Source: Candidatus Woesearchaeota archaeon (GTDB lineage Archaea; Nanobdellota; Nanobdellia; Woesearchaeales; JACQSR01). Taken from it: 62,705 nt of DNA. The position numbers were made by a program, and so were the translations under genes. Every line of letters begins with the position of its first letter. Position 1 is the stretch's first letter. Shown piece by piece: positions 26,392 through 36,551 of the stretch. Under the pieces are notes generated by a model. The model was not told the origin of the DNA, did no database searches, and worked only from the letters and a program-made list of their open reading frames with translations. Location: the NCBI GenBank assembly GCA_016211215.1, contig JACQSR010000026.1, forward strand, positions 1-62,705, read 5' to 3'.

Positions 26392-26437
26392 TTATGTGCA
26401 ATTTATACGCAATTTATGTGCAATATTTATATACAAT
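26392..26437. repeat. Four 11-bp direct repeats (TTATRYRCAAT)
   Basis: TTATGTGCAAT 26392, TTATACGCAAT 26403, TTATGTGCAAT 26414, TTATATACAAT 26427. Confidence 0.65.
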
Positions 26438-26457
26438 CTGATTCCTTGCACTGCAGT

Positions 26458-27153
26458 ATGAGGAAGCTTATAGGGTTCTCTTTGATGGTATGCGTGATGC
26501 TTCTTATTCCGGTATTCATAGTCCTGTCAACCTTCCAGTCAATTTTAATTGATGATACCTTCTTCTTCGACAGGTTTGGTTCATATGGCATATACGCCAA
26601 GCTGCCTTCTGTTGATGTAAATGGGTTTCATCAGGAGCTTGTTGAATATTTGATTTCTGCAAAAGGCCAGAGGGAGTTTGATTCCGGCATACTCAACAGT
26701 AAGGAGAAAAGCCACCTTCTTGATGTAAAATTCCTAATTCAAAAAGCCCTTCTAATCTGGAAAGCATCTGCGTTGGGCATAATCCTCGCGATATTCCTGT
26801 TCATCTCCCTCGAGAAAAGCGACATTGGCATTTTGCGCTACCTGGTTGCGGTTTTTTCCATAGGCTCCATCATCACCATACTGCTGATTGCAGTCTTTTC
26901 TGCCCTTATCTTCCTGAAATTCGATTCTGCATTCGTCTCGTTCCATGAGATTTTGTTTTCAAATGACAACTGGATGCTGGACCCCCATCATGACAATTTG
27001 AAAGCAATATATGCAGATGAGATATTCCAGGACTTTGCAGTGAAGATGGCGGCAAAGAGCTTTCTATACTCAATTTTCCTTCTTGCAGTGAGCATAGCAA
27101 TCTTTAAATATTCCGGGAAGCGCGTTAAATCCAATGAAGTTCATCATCGCTAA
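26458..27153 (+). CDS. DUF1461/TIGR01906-family integral membrane protein
   Basis: EKSHLLDVK, FDSAFVSFHEILFSNDNW; start moved to ATG 26458. Confidence 0.8.
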   Translation: MRKLIGFSLMVCVMLLIPVFIVLSTFQSILIDDTFFFDRFGSYGIYAKLPSVDVNGFHQELVEYLISAKGQREFDSGILNSKEKSHLLDVKFLIQKALLIWKASALGIILAIFLFISLEKSDIGILRYLVAVFSIGSIITILLIAVFSALIFLKFDSAFVSFHEILFSNDNWMLDPHHDNLKAIYADEIFQDFAVKMAAKSFLYSIFLLAVSIAIFKYSGKRVKSNEVHHR

Positions 27154-27841
27154 CTGGAAGATGAATAAGACAGTGCATGAATCGCTGGATTTTGTCAAAA
27201 AAGTAAGCAGGGCAAAAACCAGGCATAAGGTGGTTATCTGTCCGCCCTTCACGTCGCTCAATTCCCTTGCTTCTGCTTTAAAGGGCACCAATATGCTTCT
27301 AGGAGCCCAAAATATGTTCCATCAGGATTCAGGCCCTTACACAGGTGAAATTTCCCCCTCAATGCTGAAGTCAATCGGCTGTGATTATGTAATCCTGGGC
27401 CATTCCGAGAGGAGAATCCATTTTCAGGAGAACAATGAGATGATATGCCTGAAAGTAAAGGCAGCTCAGCGCCATGGCCTTGTGCCGATACTGTGCGTTG
27501 GCGAAACCTTGTCCGAAAGAAGGAATGGAAATACGTTTGATGCGGTCGCAAGGCAGCTGTCCCTTTGCCTTAGCTCGGTTAAGGGGCCAAATATACTCGT
27601 TGCATATGAACCTGTATGGGCCATAGGAACCGGAAACAACGCAACACCAGAGCAGGCATCGGAAGTTCATTCTTTCATCAAGCTGCAGCTTAAGAAGAGG
27701 TTCGGGAAAGATATTCCGGTGATATACGGCGGTTCGGTCTCGCCGTCCACAATAAAATCATTTCTGTCAGAAAAAAGCATTGACGGCGTTCTTGTCGGCA
27801 GCGCATCCCTGGAGACGGGAACATTCCTGAAGCTGATTTAG
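27134..27841 (+). CDS. tpiA: Triosephosphate isomerase (bacterial-type)
   Basis: ANWKMN, GHSERR, AYEPVWAIGTG, YGGSV, LVGSASL. Confidence 0.97.
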   Translation: MKFIIANWKMNKTVHESLDFVKKVSRAKTRHKVVICPPFTSLNSLASALKGTNMLLGAQNMFHQDSGPYTGEISPSMLKSIGCDYVILGHSERRIHFQENNEMICLKVKAAQRHGLVPILCVGETLSERRNGNTFDAVARQLSLCLSSVKGPNILVAYEPVWAIGTGNNATPEQASEVHSFIKLQLKKRFGKDIPVIYGGSVSPSTIKSFLSEKSIDGVLVGSASLETGTFLKLI

Positions 27842-28413
27842 GGAACTTTTACTCTCACAAGCCCGGAGCCGTAAGAATCGCATGCCTCTTCAATATCATC
27901 CGTGAATTCACCGTCGGGAATGCTGTTTATGTCGCATGTTACAGACACCTTGAATGAGTAAGTGCCTGGCCTTGCATTTTTAGTTGGTTCAACCGCAATC
28001 CCTAATCTGGAATCTTCGTTGCTGTTTATGCTTTCAGGCTGCTCCTGATACTTAACTGCTATATCCTCATCGGTAAACTCGCCGGATTCTTCGCGGCTTA
28101 TCCATGTGTTTGGAGTAACCTCCATTTTGAAATCCACTGGCCCGCTTAACCCAAGTACATTCGTGACTTTAACCATGAAAATGCCAACATCCCCGCGCTC
28201 AACCTCAATGGTATCAACACCGAAGCATACCCTGTCGTCAAACCTGCACTGAAGCTCTGCAATCTTCTTATTGATTTCATCCAGGGTAATCTGGCTTAGG
28301 TCCTGGGAGCCTGTAAATATGTCATACACCAGTTTTACCCCCATCCCAAAGAGAACAAGGGCTATTATCAGCACGACAAGGAAATTAACCGAAAGCTCGA
28401 TGCCCTTTTTCAT
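27838..28413 (-). CDS. Pilin-like protein with class III-like signal peptide and Ig-like domain
   Basis: MKKG|IELSVNFLVVLIIAL followed by a beta-rich domain. Confidence 0.6.
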   Translation of the reverse strand: MKKGIELSVNFLVVLIIALVLFGMGVKLVYDIFTGSQDLSQITLDEINKKIAELQCRFDDRVCFGVDTIEVERGDVGIFMVKVTNVLGLSGPVDFKMEVTPNTWISREESGEFTDEDIAVKYQEQPESINSNEDSRLGIAVEPTKNARPGTYSFKVSVTCDINSIPDGEFTDDIEEACDSYGSGLVRVKVP

Positions 28414-29225
28414 GAACTGCCCTCGGGGAAGAGGAAGAAAATCTTCTTTGACAGCTTTCCGTCGAAAGTATCCCTAACGGTCTCTGCAACATAATTGTAA
28501 GTCCCGTCCTCATTTTTTGTTGTCTTGACGCTTTTCTTGTACTCATAATCCACCCTTAAGGTGACCGCCCTTTCCTCCTCGATTAATGGCGCCTGGTATG
28601 TGATTGGCAGTGAAACCGAGTATGTGTCCTGCAGCTGCTCAAAAGACCCGCTTAATCCGTCCTTGGCTCCGAAAAGGGTTTGGCCGTCTATGAGCTTTAC
28701 TGCCGTAATCTTTATGGGGTACTCAAGGCCCTCCTTCTCGTCCTTAAGCTTAAACGAAACGTCCACCTTGTCCTTGCCAACGGTAAATGGATTGTTGAAT
28801 TTCACAAGAATCTCAACGGTAAAGAAGGAAAGCTCCTTCTCAAATGTAAGGTCGGTACTCTTTACCCTTTTTTGGTCAACAGCATAAACGCATGAATTTG
28901 ACACGCAACCTTTTTCAAGGTAAGTCGCATCAACCTTCTTCCCCTTTATGAGCATGGCAGCCTTGCCATTGCACTCACCATAGTCTTCAGGGCACGTGCA
29001 TTCGTTGCCCGGCTTTCCATTCTCAGTCTTTTCCTTTATTGCATTCCCGCAGCAGTCCTTTTGCGCAGTATATGTGCACTTACCTTCATCACAGGAGGTT
29101 GATTTGCATGCACTCCCTCCCGCGCAGTCAACGGCATCCTTGCATTCGCTGCATCCTGCTATAACTGCCACAACCACAAGCAAAAATGCAATGAGAACCA
29201 CGCGCTTTAACCTAATCTTGAACAC
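28410..29225 (-). CDS. Cys-rich secreted lipoprotein
   Basis: Lipobox VIAGC followed by about 12 Cys (CCGN, CTCPEDYGEC) and a beta-rich C-terminal domain. Confidence 0.7.
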   Translation of the reverse strand: MFKIRLKRVVLIAFLLVVVAVIAGCSECKDAVDCAGGSACKSTSCDEGKCTYTAQKDCCGNAIKEKTENGKPGNECTCPEDYGECNGKAAMLIKGKKVDATYLEKGCVSNSCVYAVDQKRVKSTDLTFEKELSFFTVEILVKFNNPFTVGKDKVDVSFKLKDEKEGLEYPIKITAVKLIDGQTLFGAKDGLSGSFEQLQDTYSVSLPITYQAPLIEEERAVTLRVDYEYKKSVKTTKNEDGTYNYVAETVRDTFDGKLSKKIFFLFPEGSS

Positions 29226-29260
29226 CTCTCCAAAAAAATTAAAAAAGGACTATATAAGCT

Positions 29261-29494
29261 TTACTTAATTATCTCGTATTCCCTCACGATTATTATCATG
29301 AAGAGTATGAGTACAATCGCTCCAACGACAAGCCACACAAGCCCGTCAGTGAGCGAACTTGTGTAAATGGTGTACATTCCATAGGCCATGACAATGAACC
29401 CCAGCCACAGGAACTTGTCCAGCACAAGCTTCATTATCTCAAACTCCTCTGAAATCGTAAGCCTCTTTTTCATTTTTGCCATTTTAGCCTCCAT
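29261..29494 (-). CDS. Small two-TM membrane protein
   Basis: EEFEIMKLVLDKFLWLG and two hydrophobic helices. Confidence 0.7.
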   Translation of the reverse strand: MEAKMAKMKKRLTISEEFEIMKLVLDKFLWLGFIVMAYGMYTIYTSSLTDGLVWLVVGAIVLILFMIIIVREYEIIK

Positions 29495-30063
29495 TAACCT
29501 ATAACCTTCACAAAAAAGCTTTTTGAAGCGTAGCTATTATCGCCGGCGCATGTTGCATCATCCGTGCATCTAATCACCATCTTGAATATGTCGGATGCAA
29601 GCTGGCCTTCCGTTGGCCCAATTACCTTGATACCGATTACACCAACATCATTTACCCCCAATGTCTGGGGTGACGAATCCCAAAAGAAGCCCACCTTGCT
29701 GTTGTCTTGAAGTGTTGCAGAGTTAGGAACTCCGATGCCCCCCGAATCAAATATCTCCACTGTAAAATCATCCTTTGCGTCTAGGACATTTTTGACTCCA
29801 ATCCCGAAAATCTTCTCCTTGCCCCGCGCAACCGTGATTTCATCAGCGGGAAAGCTCAGTTTCTTGTCCCCTCTTCTCAGGTCGTCAAGTATCTGCTGCC
29901 TAATCTGGTCCTGCACCGTAAGTGTGGTATCGCTTATGCCCTCAAATATCTGCCTTATGAACACGAGCCCTAAAGACAGAAATGTCAGGGCAAGCACAAT
30001 AACAACAATAGCATTAACCGTGATGTTCAAGTCTCCTTTCTTATTCCGCATTTTGCACCTCAT
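29494..30063 (-). CDS. Pilin-like protein (class III-like signal peptide)
   Basis: RNKKG|DLNITVNAIVVIVLAL; paralogue of the upstream gene. Confidence 0.65.
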   Translation of the reverse strand: MRCKMRNKKGDLNITVNAIVVIVLALTFLSLGLVFIRQIFEGISDTTLTVQDQIRQQILDDLRRGDKKLSFPADEITVARGKEKIFGIGVKNVLDAKDDFTVEIFDSGGIGVPNSATLQDNSKVGFFWDSSPQTLGVNDVGVIGIKVIGPTEGQLASDIFKMVIRCTDDATCAGDNSYASKSFFVKVIG

Positions 30064-30617
30064 ACGACCCTCACGAAGAACCCTTTTGATGAGTATTCCT
30101 CATCAGCGTCAATGTCCCAAATCACAATCTTGTACTGTAATGAGCCTGCCTGCGAAGAACTGAAGTACTTAATGTCCTCTGCCTTTGCAGAAGCGTCTCC
30201 AACAACGTCAAGCACCTGGTCTCCGGAATCCCACTGGAATCCTGCGCCGGAAGGCAAATTCAATCCGCCGGCACTTCCCTGGCTTTCGGTAGGCAAAGAC
30301 TCGCCAACCTCATAAATCTCAACCCTGTAGTTGAGTTTGCTGTCCTTCTTGTTCCCAACCGCAAACACAACAAAGCTTTCTGAATTTTTCTCCACCACAA
30401 AATTCGTGCCCTCAAGGGAAAGCTTGCTTCCGGAAGCTGTAAGCTCATCGCGTAATTTTATCTTCAGCATATCCAATGGCTCTGTTGCTATCTCCCCCCC
30501 TTTTTGGAAAAAGCCTTTCATGAACGTAAGAGCAAGCGCAAGAAATGTAAACGCAAGCACAATAACCACTATGGAATTAATGGAAATCTCCAATGAGCCC
30601 CTTTTGTTCATCCTCAT
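30060..30617 (-). CDS. Pilin-like protein (class III-like signal peptide)
   Basis: MNKRG|SLEISINSIVVIVLAF; start moved to ATG 30617. Confidence 0.65.
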   Translation of the reverse strand: MRMNKRGSLEISINSIVVIVLAFTFLALALTFMKGFFQKGGEIATEPLDMLKIKLRDELTASGSKLSLEGTNFVVEKNSESFVVFAVGNKKDSKLNYRVEIYEVGESLPTESQGSAGGLNLPSGAGFQWDSGDQVLDVVGDASAKAEDIKYFSSSQAGSLQYKIVIWDIDADEEYSSKGFFVRVV

Positions 30618-30723
30618 ATAAACCCCTATGTGAGTCGTATCTCCATGGTTACACTTTATAAATATTTCGATAACTTCCACAGAAAAGTAAAGCTTTTTAA
30701 AATTCAGAACGAACTAAAACTTT

Positions 30724-31392
30724 ATGGCAAATAAATGGGCTATCGCAGATAAACTCAACAACCTTTTCTTCCATCCGGCTGCATTCTTCAAGTCTGTTGA
30801 AAAGGAAAAGGATTACTGGCCCATACTCATGTTCTTCTTCGTTTTTTCGGTCATTGCAACCCTAATTCAGCTCGTTGCTCCCTCACCTTACTTATCCCAG
30901 GACAATGTGCCTTCCTTTCTAATCATTTTTGGATTTTTTTTCTCCATATTCTGGTCTTTTGTTTACCCTTTCATCGCATCGGGCATAATCCACCTTGGGG
31001 TTCTTATATTCGGCGGAAGGAATGGTTTTTTCAACACGTTTAAGCCCATAACATATGTTCAGGTCATTGGAATCTTTTACGCTCTGCTGTCCACCCTGAT
31101 ATTGAGTATTCTCAACACATTTTGGCCCATTGCAGTAACTCCCGAAGACCCGCTTTCGGTATTTACCACCCCGGTTTTTTCATCCCGCCTGGCGCTTGCC
31201 CTCCTGATATCTTTCATTTCAATGGTCCACCAGCTCGTTGCAGCAACCCTGGGCATATCCAAATTCCAGGGCTTTTCCCGCGCAAGGGCATTTGTTGCAG
31301 TCGTCCTGATGCCAGCAATTCTTCTGATACTTCTTGGAATGATTATCGGCGCTGCAATTGTGGCTATGCTTGCCGGCCTAGGAAACATTTAA
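30724..31392 (+). CDS. Yip1-family membrane protein
   Basis: HPAAFFKSV start, five hydrophobic helices, IIHLGVLIFGG. Confidence 0.7.
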   Translation: MANKWAIADKLNNLFFHPAAFFKSVEKEKDYWPILMFFFVFSVIATLIQLVAPSPYLSQDNVPSFLIIFGFFFSIFWSFVYPFIASGIIHLGVLIFGGRNGFFNTFKPITYVQVIGIFYALLSTLILSILNTFWPIAVTPEDPLSVFTTPVFSSRLALALLISFISMVHQLVAATLGISKFQGFSRARAFVAVVLMPAILLILLGMIIGAAIVAMLAGLGNI

Positions 31393-31417
31393 AAACTGAA
31401 CATAAATTCTCAGTCTC

Positions 31418-31942
31418 ATGGCAAGATTAAGAAAAGGGATATCATACAGGAGGCTTGAAAGGCCATATACAAGGGTTTCCAAATACAAGAAGCGCGCCTA
31501 TATCAAGGCAAACCCGGCGAAAAAGATTGTGCGCTTCAATATGGGCGACCAAAGGAAAAAGTTCCAGTACACCCTGTCATTGAAGGCAAGGAATGGGCTT
31601 CAGATACGGGACAACGCTTTGGAATCCGCGAGGATGTCTTCCAACAGGATTCTTGAGGCTCTTGGGCCTTCGTCATATTTCATGAGGGTTAGCGTCTATC
31701 CATTCCATATTTTAAGGGAAAACCCGCTTGCAACAGGCGCTGGAGCAGACAGGTTCTCAACGGGAATGCAGAAAGCCTTCGGCAAGCCTATAGGGAATGC
31801 AGCAAGGATTAAGGCAGGCCAGACAATGTTTGAAATACGCGTTGACGGGCAGCATCTCGGCGTGGCAAAGGGCGCTATGAAGAGGATTGCCCACAAGCTT
31901 CCGTGCTCCTGCATCATGGAGATAGCAAAGAACAATGATTGA
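31418..31942 (+). CDS. rpl10e: 50S ribosomal protein uL16 (L10e)
   Basis: QIRDNALESAR, YPFHILRENP, GAGADR..GMQKAFGKP, KLP. Confidence 0.95.
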   Translation: MARLRKGISYRRLERPYTRVSKYKKRAYIKANPAKKIVRFNMGDQRKKFQYTLSLKARNGLQIRDNALESARMSSNRILEALGPSSYFMRVSVYPFHILRENPLATGAGADRFSTGMQKAFGKPIGNAARIKAGQTMFEIRVDGQHLGVAKGAMKRIAHKLPCSCIMEIAKNND

Positions 31943-32993
31943 GGAATTTTTCCAGGGCGTAATATCTTTTCTTGACTCGGGACCTCTGCTAAAGGCTCTC
32001 GCGATTTTCATACTTTTCTTTGCAGTCTCAAAGCTTCTGGTTTATGTCTCGGAAAAAATCATCTTAAGGCTGACGAAGAAAACTACCACGGTAATTGACG
32101 ACCTGATTATCGAGCGCACCAATAGGCCATTATCCATAATCCTCATCCTGATAGGCCTCCGTATAGGCATCATACCTCTTGGCTTGGATGAAAAAATAAC
32201 AAATTACATAGAGCTTGCGCTTCTAGCCCTGATTACTCTGCTTATTGCAAGGATAATAATCATAATCGTGGAAATTTTAATAGACAACTGGGGCAGAAAA
32301 TGGGCCGCAAGGACAAAGTCTTCGATTGACGACAACTTAATGTCCCTCATGCACCGCTTTGCAAAAGTCCTTCTTTACATAATAGCACTTCTCATAATAA
32401 TAGACAGCTTTGGCGTGGAGATTGGCCCTCTGCTGGCTTCCATAGGAATCGCTGGAATCGCAATCGCATTTGCCCTGCAAAATACCCTTGGCAACATATT
32501 CGGGGGCATGTCTCTCATCGTGGACAAGTCCATCAGGGCAGGGGACAAGGTTCAGCTGGACGCCGATACAGTAGGCATAGTTCGTGACATCGGTTTAAGG
32601 TCCACAAAAATCAAGACCTTCAACAATGAAATTGTGACCATACCCAACGGAAAGCTTGCCGACTCAAAGATAATAAACCATTCGCAGCCGGACCCCTCGA
32701 TAAGGATTATTGTTCCTGTATCGGTCGCATACGGGACTGATATAGACAAGCTGGAGAAAGTACTTCTTTCGGAAGTCAAAAAAGTGGGGCATTTCATGAA
32801 GGAGCCGGCACCGTTTGTGCGCTTCAAGGCTATGGGGGATTCAGCGCTCCAGTTCAATGTCTTTTTCTGGATAGAATCCTTTGAGTACGCAGGCGATGCT
32901 CCGCATGAGGCAAACACCTTAATCTACAAGGCACTGTCAAAGAACAGGATAGAGATTCCCTTCCCCCAAAGGGTTGTTCACATGAAAAAGTAG
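31935..32993 (+). CDS. mscS: Small-conductance mechanosensitive channel
   Basis: GIAIAFALQNTLGN, IGLRSTKI, IPNGKL, IEIPFPQ. Confidence 0.92.
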   Translation: MIEEFFQGVISFLDSGPLLKALAIFILFFAVSKLLVYVSEKIILRLTKKTTTVIDDLIIERTNRPLSIILILIGLRIGIIPLGLDEKITNYIELALLALITLLIARIIIIIVEILIDNWGRKWAARTKSSIDDNLMSLMHRFAKVLLYIIALLIIIDSFGVEIGPLLASIGIAGIAIAFALQNTLGNIFGGMSLIVDKSIRAGDKVQLDADTVGIVRDIGLRSTKIKTFNNEIVTIPNGKLADSKIINHSQPDPSIRIIVPVSVAYGTDIDKLEKVLLSEVKKVGHFMKEPAPFVRFKAMGDSALQFNVFFWIESFEYAGDAPHEANTLIYKALSKNRIEIPFPQRVVHMKK

Positions 32994-33018
32994 GCAAAGC
33001 TATTTAATTTATTGCCAA

Positions 33019-34083
33019 TTGAAGGCGGAAATGGAAAAACTAACAAGCCCCTCCATGTTCATAGGCGTCCAGGGAAAAGGAATTATTTCATTCGGTTCCG
33101 GGCAGCCTGATTTGCCCCCCCCAAAAGAAGTATTCAAAATTCTTCCCGCCTACAGGAGCTTCAAATACGGGCTTGTGCAGGGCCAAATAAACCTCAGGAA
33201 GGCGTTGTCAAAAGATTACAAGCGCTCAACTGAAAATGATTTCCTTGTCACAAATGGTGCATCAGAAGCCCTCGACCTTGCATTCAGGGTCGTCGGAAAG
33301 CCGGGAGACAGGGTGCTTATCCATTCCCCCTATTACTACACCTATCCCCATTTGGTAAAATCAGCATACCTTGAGCCGGTCATTACAGAAACCTCTGAAG
33401 GGAAGATTGTGCTGGAGGATTTTGAGAAGAAGGTGCGCGATTGCACCGCAGTCCTGATAAATTCCCCCTCGAACCCAACCGGAAGGATACAGAACGTAAA
33501 AACACTGAAGGAAATCGAGCGTATAACTCAAGACCTCAACATAACACTTATATCCGACGAAGTCTACAAGGACCTTATCTATGAAAGGGAGAATTACCTT
33601 CTTTCCGGGCCGCGTGTAGTGACCATAAATTCATTCTCAAAAACATTCTCCATGTGCGGCTTTAGGGTCGGGTATCTCTATTCATCTGATTCTGCTTTCG
33701 TTGAGCGCGCAACTGCGCTTAAGACTTTCACCTCAATGAACACAAACATACTCGCTCAGGAAATGGCGTATGAGGCCACAAAAGTCCCGAAAAAAAGGAT
33801 TATGAATGAGCTGAAAATCTGGAAGGGGCGCAGGGACCTGATATACAACGGCCTCGCGGAGCTTGGGCTGGATTTGTGGAAGCCGGAAGGCGCATTCTAT
33901 GTGCTGCCAAAAATAAAAAATCCCCGGAAGTTTGTATGGAGGCTGTATAAAAAATACAAAACCATAACCTATCTTGGTGAATGGTTTGGCGCTCCCAGCA
34001 GGGTAAGGTTCAGCTATGCGCTTGATGCATCAAAGATAGAGGAGGGCCTAAAGCGCGTAAAAAAATGCCTCAGGGAGATTTAG
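33019..34083 (+). CDS. PLP-dependent aminotransferase class I/II
   Basis: NSPSNPTG, SDEVY, SFSKTFSMCGFRVG, GAFY; ATG 33031 is an alternative start. Confidence 0.92.
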   Translation: MKAEMEKLTSPSMFIGVQGKGIISFGSGQPDLPPPKEVFKILPAYRSFKYGLVQGQINLRKALSKDYKRSTENDFLVTNGASEALDLAFRVVGKPGDRVLIHSPYYYTYPHLVKSAYLEPVITETSEGKIVLEDFEKKVRDCTAVLINSPSNPTGRIQNVKTLKEIERITQDLNITLISDEVYKDLIYERENYLLSGPRVVTINSFSKTFSMCGFRVGYLYSSDSAFVERATALKTFTSMNTNILAQEMAYEATKVPKKRIMNELKIWKGRRDLIYNGLAELGLDLWKPEGAFYVLPKIKNPRKFVWRLYKKYKTITYLGEWFGAPSRVRFSYALDASKIEEGLKRVKKCLREI

Positions 34084-34382
34084 ACTGCATCAGGTGCGGC
34101 GAATGCTGCAAAAGGCTTACGGTAAAGATAACTTCGTCTGAAATTAAAAGGATTTTGGGAAAAGGGTATAGACCAGAAGAATTTTCAAGGCCGGACCTTG
34201 CCCTTGGCGGGTTTGAGCTGCTAAGAAACCAGTCGGGTTGTGTTTTTCTTGACAGTAAAAAAGGCTCTTATCTCTGCAGGATATACCCTGAAAGGCCAAA
34301 AATCTGCAGGGACTATCCCTCGTTCGGTGATGTTTCCTGCAAACCGGGCGAGTGGACAACAAGATTTAAAAAGGGCCCATAG
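34065..34382 (+). CDS. YkgJ-family cysteine-cluster protein
   Basis: CIRCGECC...CVFL...CRIYPERPKICRDYP. Confidence 0.8.
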   Translation: MPQGDLDCIRCGECCKRLTVKITSSEIKRILGKGYRPEEFSRPDLALGGFELLRNQSGCVFLDSKKGSYLCRIYPERPKICRDYPSFGDVSCKPGEWTTRFKKGP

Positions 34383-34406
34383 TTTTCCTGTTGCTGGAGG
34401 AATCAC

Positions 34407-34811
34407 ATGGCAGATTTCAAGTTGGTAATCTCAGATGCAAAGGGGGGGAAATCCTTCCAGAAGGAAGTCAAGAGCCCGCAGGCTGATGTCTTCATGGGCA
34501 AGAACATAAGCGAAAAGGTTTCAGGGGATGCAATCGGCCTCTCGGGATTCGAGCTTCAGATAACCGGCGGCTCAGACTTTTGCGGCTTTCCCATGAGGTC
34601 TGGCATACTTGGCGTTAGGAAGAAAATTTCACTTCTTGGAGGGGTTGGATTCAAGGGAGGCCTCCCTGGCGAGAGGAGAAGGAAGACTGTGTGCGGCCAC
34701 AAAATCAATGAGTCCATAGTGCAGATAAACCTGAAGGTCGTTAAGCAGGGCGAAAAGAATCTAGCAGATTTCTTCGAGGATAAAAGCAAAGCTGAGCCCC
34801 AGGCTGCCTGA
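34407..34811 (+). CDS. rps6e: 30S ribosomal protein S6e
   Basis: FKLVISD, ITGGSDFCGFPM, GERRRKTVCG, QINLKV. Confidence 0.95.
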   Translation: MADFKLVISDAKGGKSFQKEVKSPQADVFMGKNISEKVSGDAIGLSGFELQITGGSDFCGFPMRSGILGVRKKISLLGGVGFKGGLPGERRRKTVCGHKINESIVQINLKVVKQGEKNLADFFEDKSKAEPQAA

Positions 34812-34836
34812 ACAACTCCATAATACCTCATAATCA

Positions 34837-36078
34837 ATGACATCAAGGAAAAAGTCTGCAGGCAAAGAAGAATACATCCAGCCTGTTATCAATATAGGCA
34901 TGGTTGGCCATGTTGACCACGGGAAAACTACCCTGCTTGAGCGCTTGTCCGGAAAATGGACAGACACGCATTCCGAGGAAATCAAGAGGGGTATCACAAT
35001 ACGGCTGGGTTATGCAGATGTCGTTTTTCGCAAATGCCCCAAATGCGGCGAGTTTACAACTGAAGATGCGCATTGCGAACCGACTGAATTTTTGAGAAAA
35101 GTAAGCTTTGTTGACGCGCCTGGCCATGAATCACTGATGGCAACCATGCTTTCCGGAGCTACGATAATGGACGGCGCATTGCTGCTGATTGCTGCAAATG
35201 AGGAATGCCCCCAGCCGCAAACACGTGAGCATCTAATGGCGCTTGAGGTTATAGGCGTTAAGAACATAATCATTGTCCAAAACAAGGTTGATTTGGTAAG
35301 CGAGGAAAGGGCCACAAAGAATTATGGGCAGATAAGGGATTTCATAAAAGACACATCTTTCAAGGATGCCCCAATAATACCATTATCCGCGCAGTATCGT
35401 CTGGGTGTGGGGCCTTTGATACAGGCCATAGAGGAGTTTATTCCCACCCCCAAGCGCGATTTGGACAAGGACGCAATGTTCTTTGTGGCCAGAAGTTTTG
35501 ACATAAACAAGCCCGGTACAAAAATAACTTCATTGGTTGGCGGGGTTCTTGGAGGGGCAATAAAGCAGGGCAGGCTAAGGAAAGGGGACGACATAGAGAT
35601 AAGGCCCGGGTTTGAGTTCGAGGAGAAAAATCAAAAGGTGCGCAAGTCCATACATACCAAAATTGCATCCATAAGGACCGGGGGCATTGATGTTGAGGAA
35701 GCGGTTGCCGGCGGCTCACTCGGCATTCTGACAACCCTGGACCCTTTTGTTGTGAAAAGCGACAAGCTTACCGGTTCTGTTGTCGGGCATCCCGGAAAAT
35801 TGCCTCCTGTTTGGGATAGCTTCGACTTTGAAGTCCATTTGCTGAAGCGCGTTGTTGGCTTGAAGGAAGACCTGATAGTTGAGCCCATAAAGATGAATGA
35901 GCCATTGATGCTTAATGTCAATTCCGCTGCAACAGTTGGAATGGTGACGGAAGTAAAAAAAGACAGAATATCCTGCAAGCTCAAGATTCCCGTGTGCGCG
36001 GAAAAGGGCTCTCGCGTCACAATCTCCCGAAGAATAACCAACAGGTTCAGGCTGATTGGGTACGGCATAATCAAATGA
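34837..36078 (+). CDS. eif2g: Translation initiation factor 2 gamma subunit
   Basis: GHVDHGKT, RGITIRLGY, DAPGHE, QNKVD, RLIGYG. Confidence 0.97.
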   Translation: MTSRKKSAGKEEYIQPVINIGMVGHVDHGKTTLLERLSGKWTDTHSEEIKRGITIRLGYADVVFRKCPKCGEFTTEDAHCEPTEFLRKVSFVDAPGHESLMATMLSGATIMDGALLLIAANEECPQPQTREHLMALEVIGVKNIIIVQNKVDLVSEERATKNYGQIRDFIKDTSFKDAPIIPLSAQYRLGVGPLIQAIEEFIPTPKRDLDKDAMFFVARSFDINKPGTKITSLVGGVLGGAIKQGRLRKGDDIEIRPGFEFEEKNQKVRKSIHTKIASIRTGGIDVEEAVAGGSLGILTTLDPFVVKSDKLTGSVVGHPGKLPPVWDSFDFEVHLLKRVVGLKEDLIVEPIKMNEPLMLNVNSAATVGMVTEVKKDRISCKLKIPVCAEKGSRVTISRRITNRFRLIGYGIIK

Positions 36079-36120
36079 TTTCCTGCAAAATTTTTTAAGT
36101 CCGCCAATTATTTCATCAGC

Positions 36121-36528
36121 ATGAAGAAGGTAATGGCATTTGGGAGCTTTGATGTAATACATCCTGGCCACGTTTATTTCCTGAAAAAGGCAAAGGAGCT
36201 CGGGGATTTTCTTGCGGTTGTTGTTGCAAGGGACAGCACTATAGAGAAAGTCAAGGGAAAAATGCCCATGTACAATGAAAATCATAGACTGAACCAGATT
36301 AGGGATCTGAAAATTGCGGATATTGTGCTGCTGGGTTCAAAGAAAAATTACTTTGAGGGCATTATGAAAATTAAGCCGGATGTCATTGCGCTTGGATATG
36401 ACCAGAAATTCCTTGCATCCGGGGAAAATCTCCCAAGGCATGCCGAAATTGTGAGAATAAAGCCCTACAGGGAAAAGGTATACAAGTCGTCCTTGCTGAA
36501 GAAAAAGAATAGAAGAAAAGTTTTATAA
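36121..36528 (+). CDS. ribL: Archaeal FAD synthetase (cytidylyltransferase fold)
   Basis: FGSFDVIHPGH, VVVARD, KPDVIALGYDQ, SS tail. Confidence 0.85.
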   Translation: MKKVMAFGSFDVIHPGHVYFLKKAKELGDFLAVVVARDSTIEKVKGKMPMYNENHRLNQIRDLKIADIVLLGSKKNYFEGIMKIKPDVIALGYDQKFLASGENLPRHAEIVRIKPYREKVYKSSLLKKKNRRKVL

Positions 36529-36551
36529 ACAACCTGTTTTTTCAGAGCGCT

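Noticed and set aside
26392-26437. 11-bp repeats as CRISPR or origin (ORB) boxes
   Set aside because: No spacers, no ORB G-string and no cdc6 nearby
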